A stretch of DNA of 64,000 bases from NCBI GenBank assembly GCA_013265495.1, contig MU058065.1, positions 3,947,003 to 4,011,002 on the forward strand, given 5' to 3'. The notes under the pieces were generated by a model that was not told the origin of the DNA, searched no databases, and worked only from the letters and a program-made list of their open reading frames with translations. This DNA is from Vicugna vicugna. Its lineage: Eukaryota. Numbering within the stretch: position 1 is the stretch's first letter; the number at the start of each line of letters is the position of its first letter. Positions 1 through 11,078 of the stretch are shown in pieces. The translations under genes and the position numbers were made by a program.

Positions 1-568
1 GAAATGGCCTTATTTCTCAAACTAAAGAGACAATAGGGACAAGGGCCAGTACATGATTAAAACAGGAAGGCACTGTTCTCCAAGCTCTCTCTTCATTTTC
101 TAAAATCTTAATTCCCCGCCTCACATGTCAGTTCATGGTACCAACTGATGTCACCAGTGTAGAGACGCATCCCAGAGAGCCCTGACGCCAGAAGTCCAGC
201 CAAGAACAACGATGCTGTTCCTGTCTCACTTGCTAACAATGGTGTCACAAGCTTGGATTGACCACTGAAAGAGAGATCAATTGGAGTGACAGCCTTTCAG
301 CTCTGCAGAAACTATAGAACCGTCTCAAAGAAAGGAAACAGACAGGAGTTTCTAGAGTCAGAAAACATGGATGCATTCACTCTCTGACGTTCCATCTCAG
401 CCTGACCCTGGGGGAGAGATGCAGGACTGTCAGTGACAGTGCAGCCATGGCAGGACAAGACGGGTGTTTGGAGAGATCCTGGTGGTCAGCCAAGGGCTGG
501 AAGCTGAGCTTTGCTGGTCTAATAGTATTTCAGCTGAAACTAGTTAATTCAGTTAAAGATAACATAAA

Positions 569-696
569 GAGGGAGGGTATAGCTCAAGTGGTAGAGTACA
601 TGCCCAGCACGTGGAAGGTCCTGGGTTCAAACTTCAGTACCTCTAAAAATGAACCTATTTACCTCCTCCCGCAAAAAAAAAAAAAAAAAAAAAAAA
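569..696 (+). mobile_element. Camelid tRNA-derived SINE (vic-1-like)
   Basis: Head GGGAGGGTATAGCTCAAGTGGTAGAG (A box) and GGTTCAAAC (B box-like). Tail AACCTATTTACCTCCTCCC plus a 24-nt poly(A) at 673-696. Imperfect TSD AAAGATAACATAA (555-567) / AAAGAAAATATAA (694-706). Confidence 0.9.
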
Positions 697-1074
697 GAAA
701 ATATAACTCCTTTTGTTTAGGTGAGAATGGTAGGATTGCTAATTATGCTTTTGGCAAATCCTTTAGAGGACAGCTACCCTCCATGTGCTGTTGTGAAAAA
801 ATCTGATCAAATATTAAGATCTGGTCCTCACCCGTTAGCAACTGGGTGGGCCATCTAACCAAGATGACTATGTTCATTCAGATAATACCGCAGACAGCAA
901 ATAATATTAACAAACACCCTCATGAAAAAGTCTTATCCCTTCGGAGCATCTTCTTTTCCTGGATTTGCCGTCCATTCTTTCTTTTTGTCCTCATTCCTTG
1001 GCTTGTTTTTACCTAGTTCCAACTCATGACAAAGCGCTGAGGGTTCAAACAGGTAAGCTGCATATATTTAGAGG

Positions 1075-1240
1075 CACAAGGAAGTTACATAACTTCTCTG
1101 TACCTCAGATTCCTCCTTAAATGGAGGAAAATAGTAGTACCTATCTGATAGGATTTGGGTCAGGAGAAAATTAACTCATATACGGTGGATAATACTTGGT
1201 GCATAGTAATCACTATGTACATATTCACTCTTATTATTAC
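1075..1240 (+). mobile_element. MIR SINE fragment
   Basis: Core CTCTGTACCTCAGATTCCTC...AATAGTAGTACCTATC...GCATAGTAATCACT...TATTATTA. Confidence 0.75.
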
Positions 1241-1499
1241 TTAGATGGGATTTAAAAGGCTTTGAATATTCCACACCCCCACTTGCCTGTGCCTTTAAGG
1301 ATTTTAAATTTGTAAGTCTTTGAAGGCTTTCTACTGGTTCTATGGTCATTTCGACTTAACTATGGTTTCTAAACTCTCTTCCCCTCTCTCACACACATAG
1401 ACACACACAGTCATGATCTTTCTTTGTGTCTTATAACATGTATTAATTAATTCTCACATTTCACAGTTATATTAACTCCAGAGGCTTCACAATGAGGGT

Positions 1500-2140
1500 C
1501 TCAATTGAGATCACCTCTAAGCCAGGTATTGTTGAAGTTGCTAAGGAAACAAAGAAAATAAGATATGTCCCTGTGTCAAGGAATGGATGGTCTAATTAGC
1601 AACTTGATACACTGACACATAATTGCCAATATTGTGATGAGTGCTATGATGGAGCACAAAGACGTTGTGAGTTCTGAGAAGAGGGCACAGATCAAAGAGA
1701 AAGAGGTGTGGAGGAAAGGAGTCCTGGAGTGCGAACAGCAGTTTAACAATAAACTAGGTGGGAAAAGCTGAGTTTTGTAGGTGGAGGGACTGGTGTATAG
1801 GAAGAATAAAGATGTAAAAGTTCCTAGCATATGTAGAACCCTGTAAATCAGTAAATTACAGATGCTAAAATAAACTATACCTGTCAGAAGGCTCCAAAGA
1901 AAGAAATGGCAGGAAAAAGGGCAAGAGATGAGGCTGAAAAGGCTGCCAGGTCAACAGAGGTCTCCTGTGCCACTCATGGCGCTTGGTCGTGATCCACAGG
2001 TGTAGATGATGAAGGTCCCTGGAAGGGTTTTAGAGAGGATCGCGCATGGGCATCTGGGCCAAGTCGCGCTGGCTGCAGAGTGGAAGGAGCTCTGGGGGAT
2101 GGGGGGTGGGGCGGGGGAGGGGGAACCACTGCGGGAGCTG
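1500..2140 (-). mobile_element. Degraded L2 LINE relic, probably continuing under the CpG island to about 2600
   Basis: Antisense L2 motifs in order: GAGATGAGGCTG, CTGGAAGGGTTTTAG, CTGGCTGCAGAGTGGA; later GAGATGATGCAAGCCTGGACT and GGTTTCTAGCT. Confidence 0.6.
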
Positions 2141-2479
2141 CTCGCGCTTCTGTAAGCAGCGACGTCCCTGCTTCCGCCCTCTTCCCCTACCCTCCCTGTG
2201 GGCTCCCAGACAAACTGCGCCTAAGCGGGTGCTCCGGCTGGCTCGTCCCGGCGGGTGCGCACGTGGCCGCACTGGCCGAGGAGCTCTCCCGCTTCCCGCA
2301 GTTCCGCGGCCTTCCCAGCTGTAGCCCATCGGCAGGTGGGCGGGGAGTTAAACCCTAAGGACGTTAGCTGAACCCAATCAAGGGATGAGGCGGGCTAGAG
2401 GGAGATGATGCAAGCCTGGACTCGTCTGGCGAAAGCAGGTGGGGGGATTTACAAACGAGGGAGGTAGTAAGCATTTCGC

Positions 2480-2726
2480 TCTCCGCCATCTGTGGGACAC
2501 GGCTCAGCGTCCCCTGCTCGCCGGCTGTTTGAGAAAGGTGCCTTCGCGAAAGCAGTGACGCCCAAGCCCACGGTTTCTAGCTCCTGAGCTCACTGTGGCC
2601 CTAAATCTCTGTTGCTGCGAAACACCAACCGCTAAGAGGGCAACGCCGATTTGCTGGGAATTATACAACTGTTTCCTTATCAGGTGTTTCCAACCTTGGA
2701 AGTTTTCAGAATTACCCACGGAGAGG
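2480..2726 (+). ncRNA. Putative first exon of a non-coding transcript (5' end unknown)
   Basis: Lies at the downstream edge of the CpG island and ends at a consensus GTAAGT donor, followed by AT-rich intron-like sequence. No convincing ORF. Confidence 0.35.
2481..2499 (-). promoter_or_regulatory. Candidate CTCF site
   Basis: Reverse complement TGTCCCACAGATGGCGGAG fits the CTCF core CCnnnAGRKGGCR. Confidence 0.4.
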
Positions 2727-4084
2727 GTAAGTAAACAAAACCCACGCTTTTAACGTTTCTGTGTTGAATTTAAAGCAGTCCCTAAATGTGTGCTAATGAA
2801 ACTGTAATATTTGTGAAGTGTTTTTAATGTTTAAGAGATTTTGGCATTTTCAACCTTGTCATTAGCCATGTGATTCCAGTTTGAACGTCTAATTAAATGG
2901 TTGGTTTCGGACTCAACGCTTTAAAGTTGAAAGTTCCAAGAGAAGTTGGCTAAGTCTGTAAACAATATTGAAAGATTTAAGAGAACTTTAGGGTCACGGT
3001 ATTTAAAAGTTTAATTTATTAGATTTATAAGAACTGCTTAGGTACTTGAGAAAGTTTTGCTTGTTAGTCAAGCATTTGAAGTACTTAAAAAGAAAATCGT
3101 GTATATTACGTTTATAAATGCGGTTTAGATTGTTTAAGGGAACTTAATTGCCAAAATTGTAAAGTACCCCTTAAAAATTTATTAGATTTATAGATAGAAT
3201 AATAAGATTTGTAGTTTGAACTTAAAAGCTTAAAGGAAAAAAATCCTTCATTACTTTAATATATTGAATATCTTTGAAACCAAGTGGTTGCAAACAGTCC
3301 TTTATGAGCACAAAGGTTGTCCTAAAGGATCCCAGAAAACTCCTGCTGCCTTTCGTTTGAACTGAGATGGGTGAGAGATTCCCTTTCCTCTCCAGGCTTG
3401 AGCTGAGAAGATGGTGGCCCAGGGCCGCTAGTGTGAAGCTGTCTTGCTTCCCTGAGTCAGTGAAGGTGATGGCGGAGTGTGTGCTGGGCATTTTGATCTC
3501 AGGTTCCAATCAGCCCCAGGGCCAGCTCTGCTCCCACCTCGATCATGAGCAGTTTAGGTGAACCAAAGCATTCCCCTTCTTTGCTTCAGCTGGTTGGAGT
3601 TGGGTCTCAACCACTTCTCAACCACTGAAGTCACTAATCATTGCTGAGGACACGAAGGGAGGGACCTTTATTAATGCCCTTTGTGGGGAGAATTAACTGT
3701 AATTTGGAAAAACAAAACAACAGCATCTGTTTAATATTTTGGTTTTCACATAGCTCCTTCCTGAGTACTGGTTCCACCATCTTCTCGTCATTTAATGAGT
3801 CTGGATTATTTGACCCAACTCTGCCCTCTCCATGGACTGTTCTCACCAAAGCCAAAGACGTGGTGGTACCAGGATGAGCCAGACGGCATATCTTTCTCCT
3901 TTTTTTTTTTTTTTATTCTTTAGTCTGAAGGTACGAGAGTGGGAGGAGGTGCAGGGATGTGAGAGAACCACAGGTCACTGTGTCTTTTTTCTCGGTTTAT
4001 TATGTGACTGGTCTCCAGATTGAAAAAGAAAATACTCTGAAAGAATTATCGATCTCTGATGAAGACGGAAACTCTGCCCAACAG

Positions 4085-4320
4085 AGTAGAGTTGATGCTG
4101 GTGTCTGCATCCTAACTTCAACATTTTGGGGACTGTGGTGCCATTAATTGAAATTAGGAACTCACAGGAGCAGATTTAAGGATAAAAGGGGTTCTGTTTG
4201 GTACAAAAGAATTTGAGGTGCTGTCTGATATCCTTTATGCAGTGGGGTACCTGGTCCTAAAATTCAGGAGGCCAGCTGGAGTTGGAGTAGCATGTTTTAG
4301 AGTGATTGCTATTAAGTTGG
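4085..4320 (-). mobile_element. L2 fragment
   Basis: GGTGCCATTAATTGAAATTAGG...GAGCAGATTT...TTTGAGGTGC...TTCAGGAGG matches antisense L2 consensus order. Confidence 0.6.
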
Positions 4321-4507
4321 TTTCTTGTTTTCACTCCAAGTTGCTGGTTATAAGGCATTTTTGATAAGCACTAGGCGGAGTGCTGTATCCATTCTAGGAA
4401 TGAGTTTGGATCAAGGAACAAAAAAAAAAAAAAAGAAGAAAAGAAAACCGTTACAGAATAGATCAGACAGGGATTCCTTTCTTTCTTTTTGTAAGAAATA
4501 TATATCT

Positions 4508-4665
4508 AATTTATTTATATTTATTTTTATTGAGATGTAATTGACATATAACGTTATATTCATATTAGGTGTACAACATATTGATTTGACATATGTATCT
4601 CAAAATGATTACCACACTAAGTTTAGTTAACATCTATCACCACATATAGTTACTACTTTCTTTTC
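4508..4665 (-). mobile_element. L1 3' end fragment (L1MA-type)
   Basis: T-rich tail, then TTATTGAGATGTAATTGACATATAAC...GGTGTACAACAT...AGTTTAGTTAACATC. Confidence 0.8.
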
Positions 4666-5750
4666 CTTTTAATGAAGTGTCTTCATTATCACCTAATGAA
4701 GTCCCTGGAAGGAGACACCGCTGATACTGTTTCTGTGACTCAGTGATGTCAGAGCTGGTGTGTCTGCCATTGTCTTGGAACTTCCCTTACAGTCTCTAGA
4801 TGATTCTTGCATCTCCACGCACAGAATCTGCATCTAAGGCAGGGACAAAGGCGGATATGCAGGTTACAGTGGCGTCTTTTATTAATGAAGAAGAGTCATC
4901 CAGACCATCTCACTCTGCTCATGAGACTTCTGTGTGTATTTCATTGCCTAGCAGTGTGTCACATGGCCATCCCTAGCCGCAAGCAGATGAAAAGGGAATT
5001 CAGGATGATTGCAGAGTCCGCCTGTGAATTGTGGTCCCTGCCGCTAGGAGTTTACAGTGTCATAGCTGTTATTCCCTGACCCAGGATCCAGAGCCCAGGC
5101 CCGGTCCAGCGTGGATGCCTTTATTGGGCTCATGGCTTAATAATCTGCTTGATCTCCTGGGATTTATTTTCTTCCTCTCTTGAAACTTTCTCTATGCTCT
5201 GGAACTCAATCAGTCATTTTTCTAAAGTCCAAGTAAGAAAGAAGGCATTGTTAATATCTGACAGGCTTGGATACACAAATTGTATATTTTTATACAAAGA
5301 GCCTGGATAGTCATGAAAGGCTCCAAATCATCCCCTCAAAAATGTAACAGTAGTGAGAACTCTGACCCGACAGAGAGGCTGTGGAAATGGCAGAGAACTT
5401 GTACTTTTGACTAGGACTCTGAGAAACCTCGGCCATGAAATTCCTTTGGGGATTATTCCAGGACTTTGTAAATACGGGACACCTGGCTGTGGAGGGCTTG
5501 TCTGGGCAAAGTGATGCTTGAGGCTGGAACACTGATGGCATGGTCTTAAATTTGCCGGAAAGCTTCAGTTTCTGTCTTGTGCTGTGTGGACCAGGAAGGT
5601 CTCCCTCCTAAAATGGCAATATTGCAGCAATCAAGTGCCTTATCACAGCAAAAAAGAAAAAAAGAAAAGAAAAGAAAAGAAAACCCCCACAAGAAAAGAG
5701 CAAAACTCTTCTGTGGTTTCTTCAATGCTCAGAGCTGTTATTTTTAACAG

Positions 5751-5946
5751 AAGAGGTCAGTACAGGATCCTAGGGTATAAATGTTAAATCTATAGTGATT
5801 TTCGAGGAACGCATACAATCAGAACCTCAGTCAGAGGAGCTTCGGTTTTGTGTTCAAACCTCTCTGTTGTTTCGGAAACTTCACTGGGAGCCTTGCTTCA
5901 GTGCTGTGCTAAAGACTCCTGATTCCACCAAGTTCCGATCTGGAAG
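5751..5946 (+). ncRNA. Putative internal non-coding exon (196 nt)
   Basis: Acceptor TTATTTTTAACAG| and donor AAG|GTGAGC; stop codons in all three frames. Confidence 0.25.
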
Positions 5947-6994
5947 GTGAGCGCTGTTTATATTACCTACCGCCTATCAGATGCTGCGAAGAACTGCCGT
6001 CACTAAGTGTTCATCTTACAACTTACTACTTGCCTTCCAATTTGATTTTCTGTTTGGTTCCATACAAGCAATACATGCCATTTTCCTCCTGGTAGGAAGC
6101 TTATATGTGTATTTAGTTTGACATATATCTTTTTTTAAGTGGCAGTGCATATTCTTTCCAAAATTTGCTTCCCGTATCTGACATTTAGAAATCAAATATT
6201 TTTCCACTGATTTTTATTATGCATTTAGAAATGCTTCGCTTTCATTTCTGATTGATGTTCAATTGGCAAAGGCTCCTACTGCTCTAAGCATAAGATATCC
6301 TCAGCCTACAACTTCTGTGGCATGTCGTTAATATTTCATAGGATCTGAACATGCTCTAGGAGCTTATTAACCTATATAATGAGATGGAGCATTTTATTCA
6401 CTGAAATTTCAGGGCCTGTTCTCCAGATTAATAGCAGTCACAAGACTTCCCCAGGGGCTCTGCGGGGAGCCGGGGGTCAGGAGTTGGAGTGGATTACATG
6501 AGCGGAATGGCTGGGTGGGAAAGGAGGAGGGGCAACTGGCACAGAGCTGGTACCCGGGGAAGAAAGAAAAAGTCAGACAGATACAGAGAAATGCACACAG
6601 AGAGAAGCTGAGATAGATAAACACATGCAAAAAAAGAAATGTGCGAGTCAGAGCAGCTCCCATGGAGTCTCTTGGCAGAAGGATGTGTCATTAGGAATTT
6701 TAGGATGATTCACTGTGTAATGTGCTATTTAAACTCATATACAGCTCCTTCAAGAAAATCACATAGAAAGATTTAGATTCTTTGTCAAGACTTCTGAGAT
6801 CAGATGTGTGTTGTCCTGGGTGATTCATCAGTGGATGGAGACTGGTTTCATGGCCACCGAGATATATTTGGGTTTCATTTATGATTTAAGCCTCTTTCCT
6901 TCCTTCCCACCCCTTCCTACCTGGTCTCCAGTTGCTGGGAAAAATTATTTTTTCGAAGTGAGGCATCCCCCAAATGAATTATGATTTGTTCTAG

Positions 6995-7190
6995 ACAGCA
7001 TGTGTAGAGTGGAAAGGGCATCTTGAACTTGGAATCAGAAGTCCTAGTTTCTGATGCCAGCTGTGCCATTTACTAACGCCTCACCTGAGTTTGTTTACCT
7101 GTCGTTGAGGCTACAGCACAAGGTTGTAAGAAATAAGTGAAAAACATGTCTGTAAGTGTTCCTTTCACCATGGCTGGCACATGGTGAGTT
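6995..7190 (+). mobile_element. MIR fragment
   Basis: ACAGCATGTGTAGAGTGGAAAGGGCA...TTGGAATCAGA...CTGTGCCATTTACTA...TGGCACATGGT. Confidence 0.7.
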
Positions 7191-8949
7191 TAATGGCTCT
7201 CACATCTGGATCGGTGGAGAATACCTGAATTGTACCATCAGACAGTTTTTACCCTGATCTTCCCATCCAGGGTAGAAGTGAAGAGTCATTTCTATTACTA
7301 AAATGATTTTCTAATCAAGAGCTATCTCTGGGGTCATCAATCTAAAAAATTCAAATTAGTATCAACAGATGCATTATCCTCCCCTTTAAAATATAAAACT
7401 AGTTAAATGTTGCTGAATTTTGTACCAACAGGAAAATTAGCGGCAGGGTGGGGGGAGTTGGGGAATAAAATCCACATGCATTCTGTTCCATATGTATCTT
7501 CAGCAAGCCGCCGGGGCAAGAATCTTTTCCCATCAATAGAGCCAAAGGAAATGTTTGTTCCCTGAGCCCCTGGAGCTCTGATGGTAAGATGCTCAATGTA
7601 CATTATGCACCCAGCAGTTGTATTCAAGGGCAGGTGGCCTCTGACCCTCAGGACTCAGAGTGGAGAGAGAGAGAGACATGGAGAGAAAGATGAAAGGGAC
7701 CAAAAAGTGAGCATCTTGGGTTCACTTTTCAGAGCAGGGCGGGTACCCTGTCTTTTACAGCCAAGAGCCCTTGTTGAAGATAGTGATTTCCGAGGAGAGC
7801 CCTCGCCTCACTGCCCCTGTGCATTTCAGCTCAGCGTCGCTGTCTGGCCTACGGAACATCTGGGATGGCATCCCCGTGCAGACTCTGCGAGGAGTGTCAA
7901 AGTGGGACCTCATGGGACGTACCTTGATCTCCAGCCAAAACAATGACATCTCACTGTTAATTAAAGCTGCATAAGACTCCAGGGTTTCCACCAGGGAGAA
8001 AAGCAACTGAAGTCTCTAGTATCATTTCTTAAATTGATGGTGATTCCAGGAGTAACTTTGGACACAAAAATACAGTATTGAGTAAGAATGGTGCACAGAA
8101 GGACTGAAAGGGAGCCAGAAAGGTGTTTTTCTTCTAATCCCCATGCTGTCGATCCACAGGTCTTACCCAGGGTATTGTCCTCCTTTGGTGACACAGCCAG
8201 ACGACCAGAGGACCCCAGTTCCACCCTTGCTTTTCACGTAACAGGAAGCTGAGGCTGAGGCCACTCAGCATAAAACTAAGGTCTCCCAATTGTTACAGCA
8301 GCGTATTGCTTTTACCCCATTTAGCAGAAACGTGTGGGCTCTTGGAGGGGCAAAGGCAAACAAAGAAAGAAAACTTTCTAAAATATTTTCTTTAGGAAAA
8401 GGTAATGAGATTGCAATACTTGGCACTTAGCTTCTGAGAATGGCCACATCCAAAGAACTCTCAGACCAGGCTGCATGGTTATCTAATTTAAAAGGGGACT
8501 AGATGCTAAATATTATTAGATTTCACGTTGTGCGTTAGAACCAGGGACCTCTGACGGCCCCAGCCGGGCAGTGGTGGTCGGTCCACAGCTTCAGACAGAA
8601 GGCACCTTCACTCCCTCGTGTCAGGCAGGAGTGCTTGTTGCTAGCAGCACCCATTCGCACAAAGCCTGAGCAGGTGTTTTCTGTGTCCCCGTCAAATGAG
8701 AGGCACAGTCTAGCCAATACTGCGCGTTCGCGTTTCTCTTTAATGATGCGTGTGGCTTGCATTAATATGGAAATCGATGCAGCCCTAAGGCACTTTTGAA
8801 GTTGTCAGGGCTGTTCTCATGTGACAAAGTTCTCATGTCTCCCTTCGTTGTACAGTGCTCCCTTGATTTTAAAATCTGTGCTCACCTGATGTATTGTAAT
8901 TATGGGATCAGAACTGACAGGACGATGCCATTCCGAAGTTAAAGTGAAT

Positions 8950-9130
8950 GATGATAATACCTTAGGTTTCTATGGTGTCTTTCTCCTGAAAAGGTAAAAG
9001 AGTTCCTGCATCTATTATCTCACATATCCTCTTGACATGCCTGCGAGGTGTGATCAGCCCCATTTTGCAGATGGAGGAGCAGAGCAGGTAGGTTACCTGA
9101 CTCGTCCAAGGTCAGCCGTACACGCTGGCC
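8950..9130 (-). mobile_element. MIR fragment
   Basis: CCCCATTTTGCAGATGGAGGAGCAGAG...TGACTCGTCCAAGGTCA. Confidence 0.7.
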
Positions 9131-10329
9131 ACTGAACCACCCCCGCAGGAAGCATTAAAGGCCCATGTTCACTGCTGAACTGCCTTGGCACCTAACACCT
9201 AACATCTAGAACCTCCAGTTCTAGATGGCACTACGATGTCTCATCTCTTCTGCTGGGTCTCTGACAATCAGGTCACCTTTCCTTCCTTCTTCCCTATCCC
9301 TCCTGCTTTTTCTTTCTCCCATAAGCTCTGCCCATCGGCTTGGCATTCTGTTAGCTTCCATGGAGTTAAGGAGGGCTAAATCATGCTTCCTGCCCTCTGG
9401 GAGCTCACGGGCTGATGAGAGAGCCTGAGAAGAAAGTCAGGCAATCACCACACCTTGGGATGAGGGTCCTCGGGTTGTTTCCCAAGACAGAAGGCTTGAC
9501 AATGGCTGGTGAGACACAGGACTGATCCAGAAACACCTTTCAGGAAAAGGATCCTATGTTAATCTTACTGATAAGGTTCCCAGACCTGCCTAGTGACGTG
9601 CATATGCAGTGAAATATTAGAATTTACTTTCTAAATCAAGCTCATGGGTGGTTAAGAAAATCAGTTCTGTCTCCTACCTTGGCAAATAGACATTTATAAT
9701 GTGGAAGGCTGACTGATCCGAGTTCTAAGCGGGCAGGGCAAGGAGAGCAAACCCCTGCCCCAGCCTTCGACACTCAGCCTGCTTCCCTTTTCCTTTCTTC
9801 TCATCCCAGGCTCTGGCTGCATCTGGAGGGGTGCGTGGCTCCTTGTGTGAACACCCCGGCTCGCACGCGTGAGCTCCATCCAAACACCTTGCAGGCCTCG
9901 ACCAGTGGCTTAGAGAGGCATGTACCAAGCTGTGGTCTGCCTTAGGGGGATGGACCCTGGGAAGAAGCCCAGGCCAGCCCTGAAAGTGGGTTCGGGGCCA
10001 CTGAGCAGAGAACCTGGGAGTTCTGGTTACCTGGAGCATGTTCTAGAAGAAAGGCAGGCTCTGGATGGGCACAGCCTCCTGGTGTCACGAACGCCTCACC
10101 CCATGTGAAGGAGTAGAGCTGAAGGAAGAAAAGCAGGGCCTTGAGCAAGGGCCCCTCTTGCCAGAGTCTAAGAACAGCACCACTGAATGTGTACTTCAGA
10201 GAACAACCCAGTCTCCCCACAAGCTGGAGAGGCCTTGATTTCTTTAGCTTTATTTTAAGAAGTCACACAGAATTTCTCTCTCCCCAACCCATCTTAATAC
10301 ATAGCAGACCCAAGTTTTCAATTCCTGGG

Positions 10330-11078
10330 ACCAAGACCCTATGGTCATCCTCAACTCTCTCTCTGACGCCCCGCGTCCTTTGGCGAATCCTGGCCAAGCT
10401 ATCCAGACTCTAACCTCTTCTCACTGCCCTCCCCGCTACGGGCGTAGCCTAGGCTGCCCTTCTTGTCCAGAATTTTACAAGAGCCTCCTAAATGGTCTTC
10501 CGACCCAACCCTTGTCCCCGCTCTTGTACGCCTCACTGTCTACAACAGCATAATAGCCAGACGGCACCTCTTACAATCCAAGCCTTAATATCTTAACGGC
10601 TTCCCAACCCAGTCAGCATGAACGCTGAATTCTGTCCTCCTCCCCTCCCACATCACCTTCTGCTGTTTTCTCCCCTCCATCACACAGCTCCTGACACATT
10701 GGCCTCCATATTGTTCTTGGAACCCATGAAGCACATCTCCACCTCAGGCGCCTCCTTCTTGCTGTTCCCTCTGCTTAGAACATACTTCTCTAAGGTAGCT
10801 GATCACCTCGTCCGTCATTTCCTTCATCTCTGCTGAAAATCACCTTTCCAGACGATCACATACCTCACTCCCACCACGACCTCGTTCTCCTCATTCTCCC
10901 TCATTCTTTCCACTGCATTTACCACAGAAAGCATATATCATAAACACATCTTTGTTTTCACATACACCACACACATACCAGAATGTGAGCTCCACGAGGT
11001 TAGACACTGTTCTACCAGAGCCTAGAACCATGTGAGCACATAGGAGTCACTCAATAAAATATTATTGTATGAATAAAT
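10330..11078 (+). mobile_element. L2 3' region including terminus
   Basis: GCCTCCTAAATGGTCTTCC, CCACCTCAGG, GAATGTGAGCTCCACGAGG, CCAGAGCCTAGAAC, CTCAATAAA...TGAATAAAT (L2 3' end). Confidence 0.85.

Larger units (their letters stand above)
2030..2730. promoter_or_regulatory. CpG-island promoter-like region
   Basis: High GC and CpG density. GC boxes (~2109, ~2338), NRF1-like/E-box TGCGCACGTG (2256-2265), two TCCCGC (2287-2292, 2294-2299), CTCF-like motif (2481-2499), consensus donor AGG|GTAAGT at 2726/2727. Confidence 0.8.

Noticed and set aside
571..642. tRNA gene
   Set aside because: tRNA-like head is followed by a SINE tail, poly(A) and TSD
447..806. 119-aa ORF with a poly-lysine run
   Set aside because: Reads through the SINE and its poly(A) tail
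2030..2358. Three overlapping Gly/Arg/Pro-rich ORFs
   Set aside because: Expected by-product of high GC in a CpG island; no recognisable protein
3924..3930. 7-nt micro-exon TAG|TCTGAAG|GTACGA
   Set aside because: Weak donor; the acceptor strength comes from a simple poly(T) run
4019..4147. Exon-like frame IEKENTLKELSISDEDGNSAQQSRVDAG
   Set aside because: Its distal part runs into L2 sequence and there is no good donor
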